64,000 bases of DNA, from contig JAYWIR010000001.1 in NCBI GenBank assembly GCA_036172245.1, positions 8,494,001 to 8,558,000 on the forward strand, given 5' to 3'. Positions within the stretch are counted from its first letter, which is position 1, and every line of letters starts with the position of its first letter. The DNA is from Raillietiella orientalis (taxonomy: Eukaryota). Positions 25,001-35,800 of the stretch are shown here, in pieces. The notes beneath the pieces were generated by a model, which saw only the letters and a list, made by a program, of their open reading frames with translations, was not told the DNA's origin and searched no databases. The translations under genes and the position numbers were made by a program.

Positions 25001-25240
25001 CTCGGGAAATCGTAGTCCAGCTCTTCCCGAAAGGCGGGAGTTTAAGAGCCTCCTGGATGGAGGCGGCGCCAGCTGGCCACTATAGACGAGAGGAGGTGCG
25101 CGCGCACCCACGCAGCAACAGATCCTTCCTCATTCCTACCTTCGCTCTCCGACGTGGGAGGGTCTTCCAGCTTCTCTTTCACTTTCGAGGCCCTGCTGCT
25201 GAATGCCTCCACCAAGTTATGGACGCTTTCAGACAGGAAC
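16046..25240 (-). CDS. CngB: Cyclic nucleotide-gated cation channel, beta subunit (CNGB/TAX-2 class); 5' end unresolved
   Basis: Exons (minus): 25240-25140 ([28 protein letters not shown], like CNGB1 [23 protein letters not shown]), [unresolved join], 21069-20995 (tentative), 20928-20895 (SLDPR), 20717-20458 (S1-S2), 20317-20231 (S3-S4 WRLPRFLK), 20153-19966 (S5), 19900-19759 (pore [12 protein letters not shown]6), 19601-19442 (C-linker), 18033-17852, 16957-16794 ([22 protein letters not shown]), 16734-16633, 16491-16383, 16330-16046 (TGA). The pore lacks the alpha-subunit TIGE glutamate. A further upstream exon probably ends at 25296 (55-nt intron, matching phase). Confidence 0.93.
19602..19758 (-). 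other. Non-canonical GC-AG intron in the CNG gene
   Basis: Donor CAG|GCAAGT and acceptor TTCCCTCAG. This join gives the conserved peptide SLIGQ|VRDIV. Confidence 0.88.
21533..21557 (+). repeat. (GAG)n microsatellite in a CNG intron
   Basis: Run of about 8 GAG units read directly. Confidence 0.85.
22530..22990 (+). repeat. Degenerate 18-bp tandem repeat (consensus about CAGGAYGTGYRCACTGTG)
   Basis: Consecutive units from 22637: caggacgtgcattccgtg / aagaacatgtgcactgag / cagggcgtgtacgctagg / caagacgcgcacactgtc / cagtatgcgcgtacaatg. More units at 22816-22869 and 22966. Confidence 0.7.
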
Positions 25241-28200
25241 CTGCAACACAAGGAGAGCATCAGAATTCTTCCTCTTTTTTCTTTTTTTCTCCTACACGGG
25301 AGCTCCCAGAGTCCTTCCTAAAATTCCTCTGCCAGTCCCTCGCCTCATGGCCAGCATGTGACAGCTCCACAAGGAGCGCCCACGCCTTCTCTCGGAAACC
25401 AAGTGAACTCTTGGCCCTCGAGCATCGCCTAGGAGTGTTCTTCGTCGCTCGCTCTGGAGCGAAGCCAGGGCGCACCCCCCCTCTCCTTCGGGACTCCTTC
25501 TCCCTGCCGAGCCAACCTGCGAGGCGAAATGGCGCAGAGGACCCCCGAAGTGTTGCCAGGCTGTCCGAACACGGAAACTTGCCCGGAAGCGATCGGCAAG
25601 CAAAGGGACACGCGAACAGCACATGGATGCCTCCTGATTTGCAACTCGAGATTTCATGTGTCTGACGCACGCCGTCGCGGAGGAAGTGCTCGCCAGGGGA
25701 GGACTCTCTGTGCCTAGCTCGAGTAGGACTCCTGGCTTCGAGCCAGTCATCAAACCCCGTGCCCAGGAAAAAGGGAGACCCGGAAGTGCATGGAGAAAAC
25801 GGGACCCCTCCCCTAGGAACCAAGAGATATGATCTAGCTGCCTGAAGATGTGAAGCGGAGGAAACGAGTCTCCCAGTGTCCTCGGAGGGAAGTCGTGGCG
25901 ACTCTCAAAGATCCGAGACGTGGGGAGAAGACAAGGGTCCGGAGGGGAGGAGATGATGGTGGTCCGGGAACCAGTTACGAACTCCACGGGAAGCTCGAGG
26001 TCGCGATGGTGGCTCGAACCACCACGCGCGAGGCCGCCTAGGCAAGACGAGTGCTCCTCCAGTCAAGCTCCGGGGTGGTCCAACCTCCAGAAGTGCGTGC
26101 CTCCAGCGGTTGCTTGCCTGGAATGCCCGGAACCGAAAACGAGTTGGTCCAGCCCCTCGATCCAATCTCTGGAGCTGGCTGTCTTCCTCTTTCTCTTCCC
26201 CCCCGAAGTTTCACGGTCCGGTTCCGGGAGCACTGGGGTGCCCACGGCTCTACGAGCCAAGTCACCGTCGAAGGACTCCTGCACCTGCTCTTCCGACGGA
26301 GAGGACCGCGGAAAGCTCGTTCCAGGAGGCTTTCTCTCCGCACCGTTCCCTCCGTTCTGCTGGCGCGTCTGCTTGCTGTTAGGGACACGGACACGCGCTC
26401 CTTCTGCGCAAAACTTCCGGTCTACCCCGGCTGCCGCTCGTGGCGGCCGACTCCACGGTCTCCGAGACAGAGGGCCTCCCTGCTTTCTTCTGCTCTGACA
26501 CGGCCCCAAAGGGTTTCGACCGCGCGCCCTGTCCCTCCTCCACTACGCGTGAGACCGCTGTGAACTCTACGCTGCAGCGCAGCGGAGGGGTGTCGAGGCA
26601 GAGGGTTTGCAAGCTCCCCATCCCGCTGTCGCCATGGCGACTCGCCGGCGGGAAGGTCGCGGGCTGACCGCTTCAATACCTCACTCGTATGGACTGAACG
26701 GTTCGAGAGAACGAAAGTGTACCCTTTCCCGCTCCCCATATTGCGTGTTTTACCCCCCTCCCCTTTCCCGACTCCACCTTTCCCTGTTTCTGACGCAACA
26801 AGGGGATCTTTGTGACGGTCCGTCCTGTTCGCTTCCATCCCGGCGCGGCGGATCTCGAATTAATTCACCGGGAGTTCCTGGGAGACCGTCGACCGCTGAC
26901 GGGCAAGGAACTACGCATCCGGTTGTGCGGTGCTTAAGGCGGCGCATCTAGGAGAGTGATTGGGGTGACATATATCGGATGCAGGACCACCGCGCGGAAG
27001 AGGAGGGTAGGACGTGGAGGTCACTCCGTGCATATGTTGTCAGGCGCATTTCGTGCAGATGGGTGCCATTCGGGAAGAGGACAGTGGGCGAAGAAATAGC
27101 TGGATTCGGTCTCCGAGTTTCCAAAACGGATACTTGGAGATCGAACTTCCCACCGGAGAGTTGTCATGGTGACCTCGAGATGAGACCCTCCTCCGCAAAG
27201 CAAGCGGGCGTTCGGTGCGGTGCGCTTGAGGGTGTCGCCCTTCTGCATCTCTCGTTCGATCTCCCCTTTTGTGGAGTTTGGCTGCAGCTGCACAGAATCC
27301 CCCCCCCCCTCCAAGGTTTGCTATAATCCCGAAGGAAGCGGTCGACTCTATCCACTCCACTGTGGAGTCCGTAGGGCTCGAGCCAACTGCATCCAGCCGT
27401 CTCCATAGAGATACCACTTCTGGGATCGCCCACCTAGCAGTGCAGGCACAGCCGTTCCTGAACCTGCGCTCAGGAGCCAAGGGTGGCGGGGCACACTGCC
27501 ACCCATTGCTGCTGAAGGACGAACCTGGGGTTGGGGGAGGAGGGAGATGCGACCCCGCTCGCCACCACGTGTTCCTCGCTGATCGCCTCTGCTGGATGTT
27601 TGCTCTCAGAGCAGATGTTTGCTCACCGCCCTCTGCCAGCTGCACGCCGGAAAGGCTGTGGCTCCCGCGTCTGTTCCGCCCTCGATGACGCTACCACTGG
27701 CGGACAATTCGACCTGCTACTCCCCCTCCTTTTCTCCCTGTTTGCCCCCCGTCCCGGCCGGGAAGGACAAAGAGCTCGGGGATGCGGAGGTGGACATTCG
27801 ATTCGAGCCGGCAACTCCTGACTCAAACTGCTGGAGGATCAGACTGCTTCGGGAACCGCCCTCAGATTCCGGGACAGGGCCGAGTGCCCTTTCGGCGGCG
27901 GGAGGTGAGCAGGTCGTCTTCTTCACCGGGCAAGTCCGAGAAAGTAGTTCGCTCACAGTTTTTGCCTCCGGGTCACGCGGGTCTCCAAGGGAAGCTTTCG
28001 AGAAGTCATGAGACGATGTCCTTCGTGGACCGAAAGCGAATCAGCGCTCCAGGAAGTGCCAGCGGCTCCTTTCTGAATATACTGCAGGTGCGCGGACGAT
28101 TTCATCCATGCCTGAGGGGCACGGCTTGTTGACCGAGGGGAATCCCTCGTCTAGGGTTGTTCTCTCCACTGAGTCCGCCGCCAGGGGACTGCGGGCCTCT

Positions 28201-30829
28201 CGGGACTCCAGCAGATTCGCCTGTTGGTGCACGCCGTTTCCCTTAACGATCTTCCCTCTCGTTTCCGAGGAAACTGCGGTCCCCCAAGTGCTGCTGCTGC
28301 TACTGCATTCCTTCATCGCCTTGGAGCGCCGAATCCGGGAGCGACTCGGGATCCGTCCCGGGAGTGGGTCGATCGGAAACCGCCAACCCCCACGGCTCTC
28401 GGATCGTCCCCCTGGACTGGGCAACCGGTTTGCCGCGCCCTTGTTCCCGTTGCGTTCCCTTCTGGGAAAGCAACGCTCTTTCCCCTCTCAGCGTTCCGGG
28501 TCGTCAGCTGGTGCCGTCATCACCGCGGCTCGTTGGGATCCTGGGTCCCGAGGACCAAGATGCTCTGCAAGAGCTGGGAATCCCAGGGACGCGCGCGCGA
28601 GAGCTGCGCATGCCGATGGTGCCGTCGAAACACCTGACACGGCCGAGACACAGTCTCGGACACCTCCCGAAGGAACTCGCGCTGATGTGCACACGGCGGA
28701 GTATCCAGGAGACCATGGGCCTTCCGCGCGCTGCTGCAACTCAGGCAAGCAGGCAGGGTCAAATGTTGGACCCTCCTGGTGCAAAAGGGCTTCAAGCCCC
28801 GGAGGCGAGTAAGACAAATCCTCTCGCTATCCTCCTTCTCCACCCTTTCCTCTATGCAGGACCAGCCCTCTGCCAACAGCGCCGAGGCAGGAAGGGCGCG
28901 ACCGCCCCAGCCTCTTGACTTTCAGCTTCAGCGGCGTCTGCTCTCCCCCTCCCCCTCCTCCCATGCGCAGCTCACCTCAAGTCTGGATTTTCGGAAAGGG
29001 AGCCGGAGTCTCCATGCCCACCTTCGGGCATCCGGATGACCTCTTCCGCCATGTTTTCTCACTTGGTGGAGTGCAGCTGCTCTCACGGCAACCGCGCCGG
29101 AAGCTGAAGGAGTCTCCGTGCCCCCATCCGAGGTGGGGCCTTCCTCGGAAGACGCGCCTCTCTGCAGCCGCTTCGCAAGCGGCGGGCCGCTGCTGGGTCG
29201 CCCGATGGGCCGCTCCCTCCTTCCCGAGCTCTCCTTGGGGGTCTGGAAGAGGCGGAAAAAATCTCTTCCAGGGCCATGAGTCAATTCCCGCGCGGGTCCC
29301 CGCACAGCCAGGGGAGCGGGTGGGCGATCGACTGCGCCCCGGATCCCGGATCGTACGCAGGCGCGCCTTCAGCCCCCCTCTCCTTCCCATATAAAATTTC
29401 TCCTTTCGTCTCGCCAGGACTCTCCCCCTTTCCCTTGCCTGCTGGAGGCGCGGCGCCACGATCCCTGCGCGCAGGGTGGAATTTCTGCGTGCATTTTGTA
29501 GCGACAGGCTGGACGCGAGTCGACGCGGATGGGCGTCGGCGTTCCACGTGGTGGAGGAAGGGGAGGAGAAGAGTGAGGAAAGGAAGCAGAGGGGCCGAGA
29601 CCTGGACGAGAGAGGGCTCGGCGGCAGCGTTCGCAGACTCCTCCGGCCGACTCCCGCCCCGTCGTCCCCCTGAACTCTCCTGGGAGCTTTCCCGACCTTC
29701 CTGGGAGGATAGAGAGGCTCCCTTCCTTAGCCCCTCATTGCTCCGTCGCACCGCGGGCCCCGGGGCTCGTTTACCTTGGTTTCGCCGGCTGGAGTGCCGA
29801 GGCGTGCCGGGGAGGTTCTCGGAGGGGCGTCCGACTGAAGAGCGCACTTCCAGCTAGCGCAGTAACCCGCTGGTCCACATCTCCTCCTCCGTTGCCTGTG
29901 CGAGCGAGCGGAGCGCAGGCGGTCCCCCCGCCTTCCGAACATGCGTGCGCGCGGGTTTCATTTATCGATCGGCCTAATTAAACGCTCCGCGGCCTCGGCA
30001 CACACGCTGGCAGGGGGTGGGGGAGGACACACACCGGCTCTCTCCGCTTCCGAAGACCGAGGCATTTTTTCTTTTCTTTTTGGTTCGTTTAGGTTTCAAG
30101 TAACGTCTCTACCGGGACTCCAGCGGAGAGAGGATGACGCGAGGGTTCCTGCGGATCGAGACGGCGGCAGGTCTAAGGCGCCAGATCGCTGACGGGTGAC
30201 GAAGGAACTGGTTGGCAATCTACGGTCGGCGGCGCGCGGTTGGGCGTCGCTGCCCGTCTTCCGAGCCACACGTGTCCAGAGAGACAAGATCCTTCGGGAG
30301 GAAGAGGGACCGTCGGTCCCGTTTCCGGCGGAGGAGGCAGGCCAGCTCCGGGGGATGGCCACTTCCGCCTTCCCGGACGCGCTCCTTCGGTGCGTCCTCC
30401 GCGTTTTCTCGGCGTGTTCTTGAGGAGTTTTCCGACCGAGGTCGCAGGTCGCATCGGAAAGTCCTCCATCGGAAGATGGAGATCCGGATGACCTATTTTT
30501 TCTAAAGCGGATATGCCCGAGCAGGTCGTCCGTCGGCGCCGTCGAGCCGAGCAGTGGGAGCGACGAGCGAGAAAGGAGAACGTGCAGCAGCCGACATCAG
30601 TCCGCCCCCCTTCCCCCCGTTCCATTCCTTCCTGGCGTCCAGGAGGCCACGAGATCGCTCGCATCGACCGAGCTTCATCGCAGATGCAGAAAGTCCTCTG
30701 GAAAGCTGATTTCAAAGACGATGATGATAGTGGCGGTGGATAGGAATCTGCGACGAGCGTCCATCTTTCCCTCTTTCCCCGCCTGCTGCTGCTGCTCTTC
30801 TGCTGCCTCGGAACTCATCGAGGAAAGGA

Positions 30830-31115
30830 CGATGAGATCAGAAAGAAGAGAAAGAGGAGGAGAAGGGAAGGAAGATGATGCTCGCAATGATGGCAATGAT
30901 GAGGAGGAGGAATGGAAAATGATAAGGAGGAGGACAGAGAACTTGATGTTGAGCAACAAAAGCAAGAGGAGGACGAGAATCCGATGATCAGGAAGATGGC
31001 AACGACGATGATGATGGGGAGGGGGGCAGGAGAAAGAGGAGAGAAAGATGATGATGAAGACCATGATGATAATGAGAAGCGGAGGAAGAAGAAGCGTAGG
31101 AAGAAGGAGGAATGA
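30830..31115 (+). repeat. Purine-rich low-complexity tract of mixed GAG/GAT/GAA triplets
   Basis: Imperfect triplet runs such as gatgatgatg, gaggaggagg and gaagaagaag; strongly depleted of C. Confidence 0.75.
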
Positions 31116-32876
31116 GAACTCATGCTTCTTGGAGACTTCATCGTCTGCTTGCGGCCAAATGGCCTGCAGGCAGCGCCTTCTCGCCCTCAGCGGGCGAACC
31201 CGCGACAAAAGAAGAGTGAGCTCCCACCATCCCATCCAATTTCAAGGAGTGGTGGGATACGCTGCTCGCCAGATAGGTGAACAGAAGCTGGTGAGCATGG
31301 ATTTCATGAGGTGAACGATGCGTTGCACTGACCGCTAAGAAACGCTAATCACAGCGCCCCCTGCAAGATGTTCCGATCTTTGACTGAGGCGGACATCTTG
31401 GAAAATGTTCCCTCAAGGACCCTGTTCGAGTCGTCCATCCCGTTCAACTCTGCTTCGATCGGTTGATCAACACACCCGGCGGCGAGTCCGGTGCCCGACT
31501 GCGCGACCACGAGGTGCCTCGTTTTTCCTGGCATGTGTTCGTGGGATTCTTGATCCACGCACTCCATCCCATTTATCGGCTTCCGGCTGCCTGGGGAGAC
31601 CGCGGCGAGAAGAGGGATCCAACTCCGTTTGTCTTCTGATCATCTCTCGGGCTGTTTCCCGGCACTTAGCTTCCTCTTCCTGTCGTCCGCTCCCGCTGAA
31701 CGCTGCCTCGCCATTCTCGAGAGAATGCAGGCAAAAATTCAGGAGGATCAGATGCCCATGGCCTTCTGGAACACAAGGTCCAGTCGCAGACTCGAGACCG
31801 CTTCGAGGGACATTTCTATCCTGCAGCGTCTGCGGCGTTGCGAATTCTTGGAACGACCGTGTCGTGCCTGGAATCTCATCGGGAAGAGCGCCTCGTGAAG
31901 TGACCCATCGTACGAGAAGAAGAAGCCTCCTCCCATAATCCTCATCTTCGGCACGCACGATACGCCTCCGAGCGGCTCCCGCGTGCTGGCAGCGAGCTCG
32001 ACTTCGCCTTCCGGACAAAACGGCGACCAGAAGGCCTTGGATGATTCCCGGAAGCTGGAGAGAGAGAGAAGCTAGAGCTTCGGTGGAGCCCAACGCAGCG
32101 TATGGCTCTCCCTTGATAGAGACGATGGTTTCCGCTGCTCCTTTCCATGCATCACCACTCTGGGCAGCCCTAAAGTCAGCGGGCAGAGAACTTTCCCCCC
32201 GGTACCAGCTCTAAGACGATTTTATTGCACGTACATCCTGGGCTCGCCTCCGGTGGACTCTAGAGCTGCTCCAGCCCGGGGGCAGCCTCCACTAGCCCGA
32301 GCAGATTTCGCTTCCTTGGCGCGACCTTGAAATCATTTCGTTTCTCTTCCACTCATCCTCCAAGCTGCACCCCGAAATCCCTGGATTGATCGGGATTCTG
32401 CGGAAGGGTTTTCAGAGAGTTGCCTTTGGGCAGAGTGGGGCTGCTCCACCTTGAAAACCCAGAATTCCCTAATCCGGATAGGCACAGCGGCATGTGTGGA
32501 GGGCTGAACTTTACCCTACGCGTCCCTGGAGATTGAGACGCAGGGAGGAAGAGAAAGACGCCATGAGTCCAGCAGGAAGGGTCACCGAAGAGAATTGTGG
32601 CTTCGATTTGGCGCATGTCCCGAGGTGGGACGAAAGGACGCCACTTCAGGGTCGTGCGCGAGCCTGGAGGCGTTTCCTGCATGAAGCACACAGAGGAGGC
32701 ATGCGAAAAATCCCTGGACCCCTCTCGGAAACATCACCCAGCATCCAGACAAGGGGAACTGCAACCACCCAACTCCTTTATTTCGGAAAGTTGAAAGGGG
32801 GCAGCGCACTCAGACGTTGCAGGGAGTGGGGCAGGCGTCCTCCGCAGGCAGATGGTGTTGGGAAGGGGACTCCGCG

Positions 32877-35800
32877 TCAGCAGAGTAACTCGGGGTGTCC
32901 TCTTTCCAAGTGCTTCAGCATGCTGGCGAGGCGTCTGACGGCGCCGTCCAGCAGCTTCTTCTGGTGGGGGTCGTAGTCCGCGGTTCTCTTGGACGCCGGC
33001 TTGGAGGAGATCTCCAGTGGGATAGCGGCACCGCTGGACTCATTCTCTTCCGCCTCGAAGCTCTCCATGAAAGGCTTCAGCGTCTCATCCATCGCGGCGT
33101 ACGATGCGGAGGAATCCCAAGAGGTGACGATCTTCTTTCCCTGAAGAGATCAGGGCCCTGAAGAACTTGGAAGCGACTTGCTCACCTTCCTCCCCATACC
33201 TTGCTATGCCCCCTGGAGACCCTCTGGCGAGCTTCTTCTCGAGATACCGGTCTCTCGAGTCGCAAGGGAGGTAAGCGCGGGGTGGGGTGGTGGTGGTGCG
33301 TGCCGCTCTCAAGATCAGAGAGCGGAGGAGGGGGAAAAGTGGGAAGGAGTGAGCGCGCATCCTCCCGCAGCGATCTTCGAGCAAGGAGGAGGGGAGGAGG
33401 AAGAGCTAGAAGGCGACTGCTTCTTCCTGGATGGAGCCGCCTGCCGCTCCTACCGCGCCCTTTGGAAAGCCACCGACGTCCCTCTGGGGGACTCCCCTAG
33501 CGAGGTCTCAAAGCTAGAGGGTGAACACTGCTGCCGCAACGACGGCCATCTGGGATGAAAGTGTGTTTCCCCGCTCTCTTCCGAGACCCCTCAGAGGTCG
33601 ATGTGTCGCCCCTCTTTCCCCTTCACGAAAAGTCTTCAAACCCTCTGGGGGTACGGTCTTTGGAGAAAACGACGCTGGCCGGCAGGGAACCGCTCCCAGA
33701 CTCAGAGGATGGAGGGGGAGGGATGTCATAGGCGCGGACTTGCTGCTGCGAGAGACGTTCGCGGGGCGGAGCCCAAGAAAGGCAGAGTCGCTCCTTCTTT
33801 CACCTCCCTCCCTCCTCTCTCTCTTTGTCGACGCAGGATCATTTTTTTCCCAGCATCCAACCCTTCGGATGAAGAAGAACGAGGAGGATGGAGAACGGCA
33901 AAGACGGGCCAAACCTCCCTCCGTCCCTCTTCGCCGTCCACTCCGCTCCGGGACGGCGCTGCAGACTTACCAGATCGGTGACATCTTTTATCTTCTCCAG
34001 GAGATTCCGGACCTCGTTCTTGTACTCCTCTGCCTTCGTGTTGGTCATCAGGGCTTTTCTGGCGTCCGAAATCAACAGCTGGATCTCGTTGGCTCTGGCA
34101 GGGAACTGGAAACGCGACGAACTTGGCTTCCTGGCGTCCTAGTCGCACCCTTCTCCCTCCTCGCTTCCCCCGCAGATTCCGCGGGATGGGGGAGGGGAAC
34201 GAGCAAACCCTCTCCGGAACCGGGTGACCCCGAGGTCCCTTCAGTGCGAGGGCACCGCCGGTCCAAACTGCCGACTGGCGGTTGCAGGGGCGCCGGTTCT
34301 CCTGCTCGCTAGGCGCCCATCGGATGTGGCCGGGACCAGCGCAGAAATGGCGGAGGGTGACACTCCTCCACCACCGTCCGCGGAGCCGCGCCGCGAGGTT
34401 CTCGAGATCGCCCCCGCCTCACGTGGGCGGAGCTTCCTCCCCCCTGCAGGGAGCGCTGCAGCGGCCAGGGTTCAGCGACCTCTCCTTTCCCATCCAATCC
34501 TTCCCTTTCTTGGCGTCCCGCTGGCGGGAGATGCTCGCGCGCGAGCCGGATGAAACGCCGATTGACGCTGACGACAGTCCTACATCACCGTCTCCATCGG
34601 CGCTGCCACCGGCAACCGTGGACCTCTCCAGGTAGCCTTTTCCCCTGCCCTCCCATCTTCCTCCAGACATCTCCGGAGGCTGCAGCGCCTCCTCCATCGA
34701 GGGAATTAGCGACGCCCTGTGCTCAAAGCTTCCCAAGGACGCCCGTGTGTTCTCTTGTTCCGCGGGGTAAGAGGAGTGCAGTCCCCCTTGCCCTGAAGTC
34801 CTGTGACTCCGACCTCGAGAGCTCCTTCCCATTCCAGCCGAGGAGCGGTTTCGGGAAGGCTGGGGGGAACCCCAGCGCGTGAAAGACCTCTCAATTGGCT
34901 GGGTCGGCAAGGGATCACAGGAGGAGTATGTTGGCGGAGCAGCAGGAGCTGCGAGGGAAGTCCGAGGGAGACCTTGGCAAAGGCTCTCGGAGGAGCAGCA
35001 GACGAGACCCGGCACTGGGATGCTACAAGTCTCCAGTCCTTTGGAAGCATTCTCTTCCCTCCCCTCTCTTCCACCGAAAGAGGAGGGGGGGAGACACTTG
35101 GCAGCATCCACGGAGCGCCATAGTCTGCCCTACGAGTCGGAATGGTCGCGTGGCTCCGAGACCGCACCAATTCTTTTCCGAAGCTCCCGGTCGCGCACAA
35201 AACATGTCCAGGGCAGCTTCGATGCGAGCCCCTAAGATCCCAGGCCCTACTCTCGCCTGTCGGCCAAGCGACGGGCAAAGCTCAGCCTAGAAAGGTTCTG
35301 CGGAGAAAGGGTCAGCCACGTGGGAACTACGCGATTCGGAAGAGAAGCGTTCCGTCGTCGAAGCACCCGGGAGAAAGACATGGCGGTATGGCGGAAGAAG
35401 TCCCCAGCACAGACGGTCCGCTAATCTGGCCAGCCAGCGAACTGCGTGGTTCGTCGGCCCCGTCCCCGTCCCCGCTTGCAGCGCTCAGAGGCCTGCTCCG
35501 GAGCGTCGCGTCGTCGTCTCCTCTGGCGCCGACGGTGCCACCTGGAAATCCTTCGCGCCGTCCCCTTCGGTGCGGTTCCTCGTCGCACCGGACGGACGGC
35601 GGAGGACTTTCCGCTGAGCTCGCCGCATCTTCACCCGCGGAAAGTGCAGGCAGCACGCGCGGGAAGGGAGGGAACGTGACGAGGTTGCCCCCACTGTTTC
35701 TTTCGCCTATTGCCCTTGCAGCCTTGCTTCTTGTGAATTCGACGAGCTCTTCTCCAGTTCCCCAGCTTCCGGGGAGCACGCAAAACCCTCAGGCGTGTCT

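Noticed and set aside
25292-26509. Readthrough of TGA at 26065-26063 joining two same-frame ORFs as the CNG N-terminus
   Set aside because: In-frame ATGs and possible acceptors exist downstream of the TGA, the peptide has no homology support, and long frames are common at this GC level.
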